DNA of 64,000 nucleotides, taken from NCBI GenBank assembly GCA_047495785.1, contig JBLDXI010000003.1, forward strand, positions 3,844,001-3,908,000, written 5' to 3'. The position numbers and the translations under genes were made by a program. Origin of the DNA: Lepidodermella squamata (Eukaryota; Animalia; Gastrotricha). This document shows positions 27,048 through 38,075 of this stretch, one piece after another. Within the stretch, counting starts at the first letter, position 1, and each line of letters opens with the position of its first letter. The notes under the pieces are model-generated. The model saw nothing but the letters and a program-made list of their open reading frames with translations. It ran no database searches and was not told the DNA's origin.

Positions 27048-30000
27048 ATGTCTAGGCCTTTTTACAGACGCGGCGGGTTCCGCGGTGGTTACCGAGGCGG
27101 GCCATATCGGCCTTATAACTCGAATTATTTACTATTCCACAAACCTCAGGCGAATCAGGAACAACAGGCGGAGGAGAAACCGATCATTTTACCGCCTGAC
27201 CCGGCTTTATCTTATGGCGAAGATTTCAGAGCTCGATCTCAGAAGCGGAGAGCGGTGATAGCTAAAGCGGTAAATTGTGAAATTTCTACACATTTTCAGT
27301 TTTTTTATTCGAATATCGTGTTATAGCTGGGCGTGAAGCATCCAGATCTGCTACATTTCAGTTTGAGAACACCTCGAGAAATCGCGAAACTTCGATTGCG
27401 ATCACATCGTTACCAGGCGACCCTACTCGCCCGGCGGCGAGCTAAACTCGCTAAAAAGAAGACAAAGGAAGCTAAAAAGAAACTGAATGCCAAGGCTTCA
27501 AAGGCTGTGCCATTATCTACAGGGACGCCACTTCAAGAAAGCCACAAAACCGAACCTACAGATCGGGCGATGACCCCGGGTTTTGATGCAGATGGCGAGC
27601 GGAAACAGTCAGAATCCGACCAGAATGTCCAGAAGCCTGAAAATGATGAATCAGCCGCACATGGTGAAACAGCCGAGGGTGGCCTGAACAACGAAGACGA
27701 TGCGTTGGACGAGCCAGCAACTACGCAGTCATCGATAAGCGGTGGCCCGCAAAACGACTACAGTTTCCATTTCATCTGCACCCATGAGAGACCGGCGAAT
27801 TTCGTCCGTGATGTTGGGCTTGCGAATCGGTTTGAGGAGTACCCTAAATTGCGGGATCTGATCAAGGCGAAGGACAATTTGATCCAGGCGACTAATACGC
27901 CGCCGTTTTGTCTGAAAGCTGATTTGTCGGCGTTCAAATTGACTGATTTAGGCACCGAGTTCGACTGTGTTTTGATCGAACCGCCGCTTGAGGAGTATCG
28001 TTATATGGGTCAGGTTTTCGATAGGTATTGGGATTGGAATGAAATTGAAGCATTGGATATCGGCTCGATCACATCGCAGCGGTCTTTCATCTGGCTGTGG
28101 GTCGGAGCGGGTGAAGGTCTGGACCGGGGTCGGCGTTGTTTGTCGAAGTGGGGTTTCAGGCGGTGTGAGGACATCGTTTGGGTCAAGACCAATGTCAACA
28201 AACCTGGGCCGTCTTCCTTAATCGAACCGAAAAGTTTGTTCCAGCGAACGAAAGAGCACTGTTTAATGGGAATCAAAGGTAAGTCTTAACAAAAAATTAC
28301 GTGTAATTATCATTTATTGAGATAATTTTATATAAATTAATTTGTAAATTAAAAAATCAACGAATTCAGGGCTCCAGCGCTAAATTTGATGTTCCAATGC
28401 GAGATGCCTTCGAGTTTTTCGAGTTTTACAAAATGAGATGTAAGAAATTATAAAAAATCCTATCCCGGCAGAACTTACAGGACATGGCCTGTTTTCTTCA
28501 GATAGCCGTACTGTATTGAACAATGATAATCAGTTGCTTAGCAACGGCTGATGCCACGCAGGCGTAGCTCACAGACTGTAATTACGATAAGAGTGAGGTG
28601 ATATTACATAAAATTGAACAATTATTACAATTGCATCGACGATCGGGGACCAGTAGGTCACCTTATTTAAAGCTTTCATTGTACGTATGAACCGATAGAC
28701 CTGAATTCTACGACAGAGGCCGAGTGAGGTGGCAGCGAAGCTGGGCACTTTGGGGTAACGGGAGCAGTCGACTTCGGCAGTTGCTGCTGAGGCTTATAGA
28801 GGTGATTAGCGGGTTTCACGAACCTCGGGTTATTGAGGGGCCAGCCGTGGCTGATGCGCACACGAACACTCTTTTTCAATTCAGGAGAACGAGGGCATTC
28901 AAGTGGGGCCACTGCTACCGCCAGCACAGGGAGATTAAAATGCGATGTCACGAAATCACTTTCATACGACGGCATTTGAGGTGCGACCGGCACACCCAAA
29001 GCTCGCCTAGCCACCATAGCCCAGGTAACAGGCGCTGTAACAATATCGGTGTGTGACATTATGGTTGATGTTAACTCAAAAGCAAATCAATATCTAGAGA
29101 AGGCATAAAAATGAAGACAACCGTGTATATCGTTAGAGATTTCTATGGTAAATTGACGGAACAACGGATTGGACAAGGTAAAATATACACTTGTTTGTAT
29201 GGGCTTTTTTATTCGTTTTGTACTTTGAATTGCAAAGATTGGCCAACAAAAAAAATACGAGCCTTTTCCTTAAATTCTTCAATGCTCGCCTCGGTGTTGA
29301 TGACTTTTACGAGAAATTGCGCAGGACGTTCGCCGTAGCACCAATACTGTAGTGAAATATTGATCTAAATCAATTTTGATCAATTCGAGTAGAGTCATTA
29401 TCATTCCAGAAAAAGTGTGCAAGGTGGGAGGTGGAAACAATAACAAAACAAAAAGAGTCGATATACTAGTCAATTTCAAGTAAATAAAGTGAACTTACTC
29501 AACTGCGTTTCTCCACCGAAAGCGACAGCAAACCGCAAGGACAAAGCCTGCCTGAGTTCGCTGGATTACTGCGAGTGCCGATATCGACGAAATCGACGGA
29601 AGACCCAACGATAGAAACAATTATTTCCCGACCGACTTGACGTCAGGAAGCGAGCGAGTTGGACAGTGAGCGAGAAATGTAAAAAAAGTAAAAAAAAAGT
29701 AGGAAGTAAAAAGTAGAAATCGACGAGAGGTGAGGCCGTACTCATCAGCGCTGAAGTCAAAGGAATAAAAGCCTTTTCTAATATCGTTGTCCAGTTCTGA
29801 GATGTTGCGGACAATTGGTCGCTGCTTGTGGCCAGCGTTGGGTTGCCTCTAATTTTAGGTCATTTTACGCAATTTTATAATTGAATTCTTCGTCTCTGTC
29901 TTGCTCTTCGTGCTCTTTAAGTTTCTCCTCGTTGGTTCGTTTTAGACAACTCTCTCTTGCATTCAGACAATCATGCCTTGCTAGTTGCAGCATCAATTCA

Positions 30001-31270
30001 TGTAATAATAGTGGAGGATGAAAATTGGAGGAATCATTACGTGAAATCGTTCATCCAGAAAAAATTCGGCAAATGGCCACAATGCAGAAATTTGGTTTCG
30101 CATTGATGCACAGAAATATGAGAAATTTTATTGCAATTGTCCCTTTCTATTCCAAGCACCCATGTCTTCATTTTGCATTTTTTCTTCATTCTGAAATGAT
30201 TCCGAATGTCATCTGTCTGTAAAATTTGATGCGCACATGCTTTCGAGCGCGGTAGTTGATAGCGTCGTCTGTTTGGCCGGAACGAAATTCGGCGGAAACC
30301 TTTGCCACGAAAACGTCCAAGTTGGTATCGCTTGCTTTGAGACTGCGTGTCCCTATATCTGTTACATGTCTTTCATCGACCGGATTAGACTCCAGACGGA
30401 ATACGGGTATTTTGACCCCGAGTCGATTGCCGTTGAGTTCGGTGCCGTGATAGGCCTCGCTCTTATGAAGTCGTCCATCGCCTTGAAGTTTCGCTGTGAA
30501 GATGTGTTCTCGCCAGTAAGGCCTAGTCTCGCCTTTTCAGCTTTATAGCTAGTAGTCAAATTGTTGATTGTACTGGTAGCTTGCTGCGTTGTTTGAGAAT
30601 AGGTTAAACTGATCTCTATGAATAAATTATTCATGGATTATCAGGGTCATTTGTATTTAAATTTAGTACTAGACCCCGTAAATTTCGTGCTGGAACCTCA
30701 AATTGACGTTGAGAACATTTTTATCATTTGGGGTTATTTTCCAATTTTTGAATTAACAAATTTGATTTCTATCAATTTACTAAATAAGCTCTATTTTATT
30801 TATTAGGCACGGTTTTGAGGTCGAAAGACGGCGATTTCATCCATGCTAATATTGATCTCGACGTGATAATCGAGGAAGAACCCGAGCCTGGAGTCAAGGA
30901 TAAGCCTATCGAGATGTTCCACATCATCGAACATTTTTGCCTAGGCCGGCGTCGCCTTCACCTATTCGCTAGGGAGAGCACAATCCGCCCGGGTTGGCTC
31001 AGCATTGGCACCGAGTTGATCCGCTCAAATTTCGACCCGGAACGGTATCAACAGGCGATAACGCGAGAACCGGGTCTGACAACAGGGTGCACGGAGGAAA
31101 TCGAGCGAATGCGGCCAAAAACTCCGCCGGCTGTTAAGGCGGCCGTCGCTGCTCAAGCGGCCCAGGCGCAAGCTGTTACCGGCCAGCCCGTGGTCCTACC
31201 CGGTGGCCCTGGTATGATGGGCACAGTTCTGATGCAACAGCACTGCGAATCGCCTAGTCTAGGCTTGTAA
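27048..31270 (+). CDS. METTL14: m6A methyltransferase non-catalytic subunit METTL14; exons 27048-27269, 27327-28278, 30807-31270
   Basis: [63 protein letters not shown]|[16 protein letters not shown] and [14 protein letters not shown]; 2528 bp phase-1 intron. Confidence 0.96.
28369..30698. mobile_element. Putative degenerate DNA transposon in METTL14 intron 2, with imperfect inverted 19-mers at the ends and a Myb/SANT-like relic at 30362-30634 (-)
   Basis: GGGCTCCAGCGCTAAATTT (28369-28387) matches inverted copies at 30659-30677 and 30680-30698 (15/19 each). [39 protein letters not shown] resembles the end of Myb/SANT-like domains. Confidence 0.4.
28676..29059 (-). CDS. Orphan 127 aa Pro-rich ORF inside the METTL14 intron (hypothetical)
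   Basis: True ATG start, higher GC than the flanks, AATAA just after the stop; no recognisable homology. Confidence 0.25.
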   Translation of the reverse strand: MSHTDIVTAPVTWAMVARRALGVPVAPQMPSYESDFVTSHFNLPVLAVAVAPLECPRSPELKKSVRVRISHGWPLNNPRFVKPANHLYKPQQQLPKSTAPVTPKCPASLPPHSASVVEFRSIGSYVQ

Positions 31271-31981
31271 AACAAAGCCATATAATAGACCTTAATATTT
31301 TATACTGAGAAGCGAAATAAATGAACGAAAAATGATATTTTTAATTTAAATTTCGTTGGAATTATTTTTGAAAATGGACTCAAATACCAAATTCCACCTT
31401 AACGCAAATTGTGCGTAAAAATAGCGTGAATTGAAAATTAACACTTGAGCGCAGTATTTTATATATACCTATCATAATATTATGTTAACACCTCTTGACA
31501 ACTTTAAAGATTTCGTCAAAATCAAGTGGGAGTTTTTTGCCTCGCTGATGGCCAGTTGTTAGCAGGCACTTGAATCGGCCACACGTGTGGCCAGCTGCGT
31601 TCTTATAATTGCCGAGGTCAGCCTCCATTGTGGCGCCAATGGGTGGTGTATTACACACGACTGCTCGTGCAGCCCGGGTTTCTCATTATTTTATTATATA
31701 GCGAAAAAGCCAGCAAGAATTGATAGACACGTGTGTAGCGTCCACGATGCATGCTTCATCTGCAGGATCAACGTGACAACACACCTTCTGACCACATACT
31801 GACCGTTAAACCTTAACCCCGGGATGTTTTTTCTGAATAAGCCAAGTGGCCTCAGTTTAACACCTTGTAATAAGGCAGTGAAGCTCTACAGAAAGCATAT
31901 CACGGTGTATCAAATTTATTGCAAAAAACGCTTGTAATACCTGTACTTAGCTTACTATACCTCGAAATTGTTCGCCATCTC

Positions 31982-33950
31982 ATGTTGCATTATTTAATAG
32001 CCGTCGCCGGAACAATAATCATTTCAGGTCAGTTGGCGCAATTATCTATCATTTCCAGTCCAGCTTAAATAGATGATCATTTGTAATAAGATTCGGCAAA
32101 TGCTTTGAACACCCGATGCCCGCCTGCGCCACCCCGCGGCAAGGTTCTATGCCCGATGGATTGTCCCGATCGGGATCCGAGCCAGTTGCAACCGGGTGAT
32201 ATCTTCGACGGACCTCCGCATCCTGGTTGCAATTACTGTTATCAGTGTGTCGCGAGAGGGATGATGTAAGTAGCGATATCCGTGAAGCTTCAAAATCTGA
32301 ATATTTCATCAAATGTTAATTCTCAACGTAGATGCTGCCCAGACAAATGCGGCACCTATTGCAAACCAGCAGTCGAAGGTTTTTGATTATTTGCTTTCTT
32401 AAAATTTAGTAGCGATAGTTTACGAAATTCCTGTTAAGTCCAAACTCGTTAGGGACCTTTTTCAAACTCCAAATATTTGAGGCCACGTAAACCGGAATAT
32501 TTTGAAGTCTAGGTAAAATCTGTCGCCATTTGAAATTGTCCATGTTTCACGGCAACTAAAGGCGAGACCAAGCTCTGGATCCATTAACACAAATCGCTTC
32601 AAAAACAGTGTTAAAATCTACGGAAGGATCTGAGCCTGCCCTTCAGTTTGGTCCTGCCTAATAATTCGGTATATGTATACGGTATGAGTGTTTCCTCTAT
32701 AAGCCGAAGCTAAAATGGTAGCTAAAATTTAGGATGAAAACGAAATTGTTCGTATTTCTAAAAATCCCACTTGGAGAAAACAACATGTAACTTGAGCCGA
32801 TTCTTTGAGCGTAGCAAGGAAATGAGGATTTAAAAAAACCACGTGGAAATGACTTCAATACACGTTTTTCTGACGTTTCTGACGTAATTTTGTAGCCAAA
32901 ATTAAAAAATAGCACGTGCTTAAGGCTTTAAGCTCCCCCGCAATTAGTGGATCTCTTCGATCTGCCCTTAAATTCTAAAACAACTATTAGTTCCTGCAAG
33001 GGATCCGGGCCCTTTCTCAGGAACAATCAACACAAACAACAAAATCAGTAAATGGGTCCCGAAAATATATTTTGAGATTTGTATACCGAATTGATCGTCT
33101 CCGGTAGCTGCACGTAGCGTTATTTATATAAAAAATTGTATTCGCTCTAACTTTATTTCGATACCTAAATTTCAAGAGTGTCAATTAGGGAGAAAAGGCC
33201 GGAATCACTTGCCGCTTTCTACATCGTGGGAATAGCCTTTGGCAGATGGCCAGATTTTCGCTAGAACTTGGATTGCTCAGATAGAAAATTTTTCATGAGT
33301 TGAAATTTTCACTATTTGTTGAATTATGCTGCATTTCCCAGTCAAATACTCTCAAATCGAAGATCATTGCCAAATTATTTTGACTTTTCAAAAAGACTGA
33401 AAATATTAAGGGGATCTCAGAAGTCCAATTTTGTTCGAATGTCAGATTTCGAATTTTATCTTATCGATGCCACAATATGCGGATGTTCCGTTGACCTGGA
33501 AACGAATAAGAAACAATAGCACTTCGTAATGACATGTTTTTGTTCTCCTAGATGCTGTATCTCGTTTCAGCCCAGCGCCATCTCGTTATTCCCAAGCCCC
33601 TCAAATTGATATGGTAAGGAAATGCACGTATATTCCGGTAATATATTACCCAACAAATTCCTCCATAGGGCGAATTTAGATTCATCCAAGACACCACAAG
33701 CAGATCTCTAAATTTCACAATGCGGCAAGAGGCGGTTAACATCGCCACTCTCGCTCTGCTGTACCAGAACTCGTACAGCGCAATAGCTCGGTACATCAAA
33801 AACGAATTCGACCGAAAGTACGGCCCGTATTGGGCGTGTTTTGTGACGCCCGTTCCCAACGGCGCTTTCTACACGTTCGAATCGCCTGGAAGCATTCGAT
33901 TACGCTACAAAAACTCGACAGATGTCTACATTTTCAAGCCATTCAGATGA
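31982..33950 (+). CDS. Predicted secreted protein of about 203 aa: signal peptide + WAP-like Cys-rich domain + dynein light chain (LC8)-like domain; exons 31982-32027, 32091-32265, 32332-32378, 33552-33613, 33669-33950
   Basis: MLHYLIAVAGTIIISDSANA signal; RCPP..CPMDC..CNYCYQCVARGMICCPDKCGTYCKP; MRQEAVNIATLAL..IARYIKNEFDRKYGPYWACFV..YIFK. All four introns are GT-AG and phase-compatible. Confidence 0.62.
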
Positions 33951-34862
33951 AATCGAGCTCATATTTTTGTTATACTCAACCTCTGATGCAAAATGCTAAG
34001 CTAGCCTTATAATATATGTTTCTCGAGCGTGAAATCCCACGGCTTTGTTCAAATGTGCCACCGATATATTTTTACATTAAATAAAGCTGATGCCGAATGA
34101 ACACAAAATAAATTTTTTAAGCAACCTGGTTCTGCGTGGGTTTTCATTTAATAATTTTTTGCAGGTATAATAATGTATAAACCAGTAAAAACAATTCTTG
34201 AAAGGTGGCAGGCATTAATTATTATTGAATATATAGGTATAAATTCATATACGAGAAATGGCATGCCGCCCGTTTTTTTGTGTTTGTTTTTTTATTGCCA
34301 CTCGCGCGCGCGGTGTGTATATGACGATATTTTTTTTCAAATTCGCAACATATTATAAAACTTTGTCATCTCTGTGCTATGTATATGTATATTCAAAACA
34401 CAAGAAAAATTAAAGAAAAAACCCCGTTTTGTGGTTCGCACACAAAGTGCGCGGCTATGCACGTTTTTTTTCAATTCGCGCTCTCACTCTCTTTCAGCAT
34501 GACGATGAAAACGATGCATATAATACATATATAAATTTGTCACATAATATATACTTGCGTTTGTGTATTTTTTCTCAAAATACATATTTTTGCGCTTTAT
34601 GGTGACAAAGCCGAAAGAAATATTGCGCACACATTATTTTTTATGTTTTACAAGCACAAAAGTTGAAAAGACTGCCATTCGCGAGAAAAACTACTCAACA
34701 CATTTTGTAAGCAATGCATAGCGCATATATTTATATTCTGCAAAAAATGCTCCCGCTTTCAGACTATATGGTATAAAAATCTCCAATTATATACGCCTCT
34801 CAGTTTTTTAAAGCTTTTAAACACCTTTTACTGCGAATAGTTCTTAGAGAAATTAAGAGCTT

Positions 34863-36564
34863 ATGTCCTCCTCGAACCGCCGAAAGCAGGCCAAGCCGAA
34901 ACCACGGCAATTAATTGGCGAGCCAGTCATTGAGATTCATGAAACTTCCACTCAAAGTGAAAGTCAGCCGCCATTGGATTCTCTAACAAAACTTCAAGAT
35001 TTATTCAGCAATTTATCCACCTTATTAAAGGACCAACGCCAATCTGCAATAACATTCAGCGAAACTTTGTCAAATTTTATTACAACCGGTGAAAGCCCTG
35101 CATCTTCATTCGACTTTACCGACCAATCATTGGTTGCCAGACTATTAAATTCCACCGAGGAACTGAAACAATCACTGGAAAATTTCGGCCAGTTAATCAC
35201 GACCGAACAACAGCAGGATACCCCTTCTGATTTAACATTTGAAAATAAGCCAAAATTAGAGCTATTCGAACAGCCCTCGGAACCTATTTTCACGTCATTC
35301 CGCCATCGTTGCCACATTTGCCAGAAAAATTTCGCTTCTGCGAGTTCGTTACAAATTCATTGCCGAACGCATACGGGCGAGCGGCCTTTCCAATGTTCGG
35401 TTTGCTCGGCGCGTTTTTCAACGAAAGGCAACTTGAAAGTGCACATATTACGGCACAAATTGCGCGATAATGGAAATAGCAATTCTGTTGAAGACCCGGC
35501 GGTAAAACCCGAAACATCAATGGCTTCGGATGATAATGCTAATAGCAGCCCGTCTACCGAGTCGAAATCGCGAATTATTCCATCTCGCCAGCCGTCGCAG
35601 TGCCATTTATGCCAACGAATTTTAAGCTGTAGATCGGCCTTGCTACTACACTTGCGAGTTCACAGCGGCGAGAGGCCATTCAGCTGCCCGAAATGCCATC
35701 GGACGTTTTCTACGAAAGGAAATTTACAGAGCCACATGTTTGTACATGCGAGTAAAAAAGTCGAACTACAACCGGTTTTTCAACCCTCTGAGTCATCGGT
35801 CAATGATCAGCGAAGTAACAGTGAAGCGCCAAGTCAGGTGACTGAAACGTCTTACGGCATCGACGGCGAGGCGAAACGGCACAGCGTGGCTTGCAACTAC
35901 TGCGGCAAGTTATTTTCGTGCCGAAGTGCCTTGCAAATTCACACGCGGACTCATACGAAGGAGCGCCCTTTTCAGTGCATGATATGCATGCGAAATTTTT
36001 CGACCAAGGGCAATATGAAGCAGCATTTATTGACTCATTCCGAGGCAGTTAATGGTAACAGCTGGGCCTTGGCTATGCGAAAATGCCGATCTATCCGGCC
36101 GGAATCGCTTTCTAACTACAGCTTGAACAAAACCAGTGCGAATAGCTGCGAAAGATGCGGCAAATCTTTCAAGTACGAATTTTTAAAAAAAATTTTAGAA
36201 TATTTTATTTATTTTCATTTTTTTCAGTTCACCTGCTGCTTTGCGAATCCACGAAAGGACGCATACCGGTGACAAGCCATTTCAATGTGATATATGCCTG
36301 AAGAGATTTACGACGAAGGGCAACATGAAGGTTCACCGTTTGAAAATTCACGGGGACGAAGAAAGTCCTCGCGGTGTCGAAACTCCATTTATTGACAGCA
36401 ACAACAAGCCGCTGCCAACGATTGCGTGCACATTCTGCCCGGTTAAATTTGCAACGCTCGGCGAACTCAGCCATCATAACGTTGAACACACGCAAAGCAC
36501 GCTAGCAGCACTTGCTGCCGCTGTTACGGCTATCACGGCGGCAACTCCTAGTGCTGCATTTTAA
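34863..36564 (+). CDS. SALL: Spalt/SALL-family C2H2 zinc-finger transcription factor; exons 34863-36172, 36228-36564
   Basis: N-terminal RRKQAKP NuRD-binding motif; four double-finger clusters, each with a SAL box ([40 protein letters not shown]); one extra terminal finger. Confidence 0.92.
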
Positions 36565-37116
36565 AGTTATTTTTTACTCAGCGATTTGACATTACCACTC
36601 GATTTTTGTCTCATCTTTACCGGTTATACAATACTGCTGTAATTATTTTTTTAATAATAAATTTTACCATGTTTTTGGAATTTTTCAAAATAAAAGCGAG
36701 GCCATGACATTTTCATTTTTTTTATTACAAACTCATCGTGACCTATCTTCAATACAAAACTGACCTATATATTTACAAATCTCAACGCGCATCGAACTTG
36801 AACAACAAGGTTGAAAGGGCGGGAAATTATAAGTATGTGTAACCGGCATTGAGCGACCGGCAAGGCTATGTCAGCGGTCAGCGGATAAACATTGTGAAAT
36901 AGAATTTCAAAGATAAAGAGCGGAAAACCACGTATGGAGATAAACTGAGCAATTCTTCAAAATATAGCGCGGATTTTTTTTATAGAATTGAGGGCCCTCT
37001 TTACAAACAGTTCTCAGATGAAATATAATTGATCATCCGGGATTTTCGATGACGCACCGATTTTTTTTATCAATTACAGCGATATATTACCTATATTTAA
37101 TGTTGTGCATCTTTAT

Positions 37117-38075
37117 TCACTGGTCACGACCGGCCACGTTCGGCGACATAGAACCGCGCTTTTTGATTACTTCATTTTCGAAGGGCTTGCTGCTATCGTA
37201 TGGCGGCAGGCCGAATCGTTCGGGTTCGAAATCTTCGAGGCTTTTCAGCGCCATTGTCGCCGGCAGCGTGCTTGTATCCATGTCGGGGATCGAGGGCACC
37301 CAAACGCACGGCATTTCCGCCGCCAAAGCACCTTTGATTCCGAGATAGGCGTCGTCGAAAACAAGGATATTCTGCTTCGACTTCGGTTGGTTGGCGAAAC
37401 GCGAACCTGCAGCGAGGAAAATATCAGGCGCAGGTTTGCCGTGCTTTACATCGGGATCGCCCGAAAGAACGACGTGGTGGAAATATCTGTAATTAGACAA
37501 ATGAAAAATAGTAGGCCATAAATCTTAAGGAGGCGTTTTTATAATTATAGTTTAAAGATTTGTAGCTTACTTGTCGAAGAAAGCGCGATTTCTCTCTGTT
37601 TTAATAGCGAAGCCCTGAGGATCACTGCCAGTGGCAATAGCCAAAGGGACACCGTGTTCATATAGATGCTTCACAAGGCGCTCGGCACCTGGCATCAGAT
37701 CCGCGTTTGGTAACATTTCATCGAGCAGTTGGTGGGCGGTTCCATCGATTTCTTCGAGGCTTTCCCTGACACCGTACATTTCTAAAAGGATGAAAAATTT
37801 GATTATAAAACCACAGAAATGATTAATGATTTATTACCTTTGAAGAGCTGCTCGCCTTCAGTCAGGCAACGGCCTTGAACTTGGCGCCTCGATTCGTTTG
37901 TGAAATGGTGGTGCGAAAAACGAACGGCCATTTCATCAAAAACCCGGCCATAGATTTCTTCGGTATCTGTCAATTTTTCGTCAAGAAATGTATTTATGAA
38001 TTGCCAATGTCACTTACTGAGCAGAAGGCCGTCCAGATCGAATATGACATGGGTAATATTGGCGAGAATTGACAT
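37117..38075 (-). CDS. PUDP: HAD-family pseudouridine-5'-phosphatase (HDHD1/GS1-like), copy 3; 4 exons
   Basis: MSILANITHVIFDLDGLLL|NTEEIY..LFK|EMYG..AIATGS..FDK|YFHHVVLSGDPDVKHGKPAPDIF..VFDDAYLG..FEPERFGLPPY; three short GT-AG introns. Confidence 0.88.

Noticed and set aside
23038-33620. Shared peptide GLGITRW in two - strand ORFs (23038-23481 and 33548-33859)
   Set aside because: Only a short nucleotide match, and both ORFs are antisense to real exons or introns; treated as coincidence.
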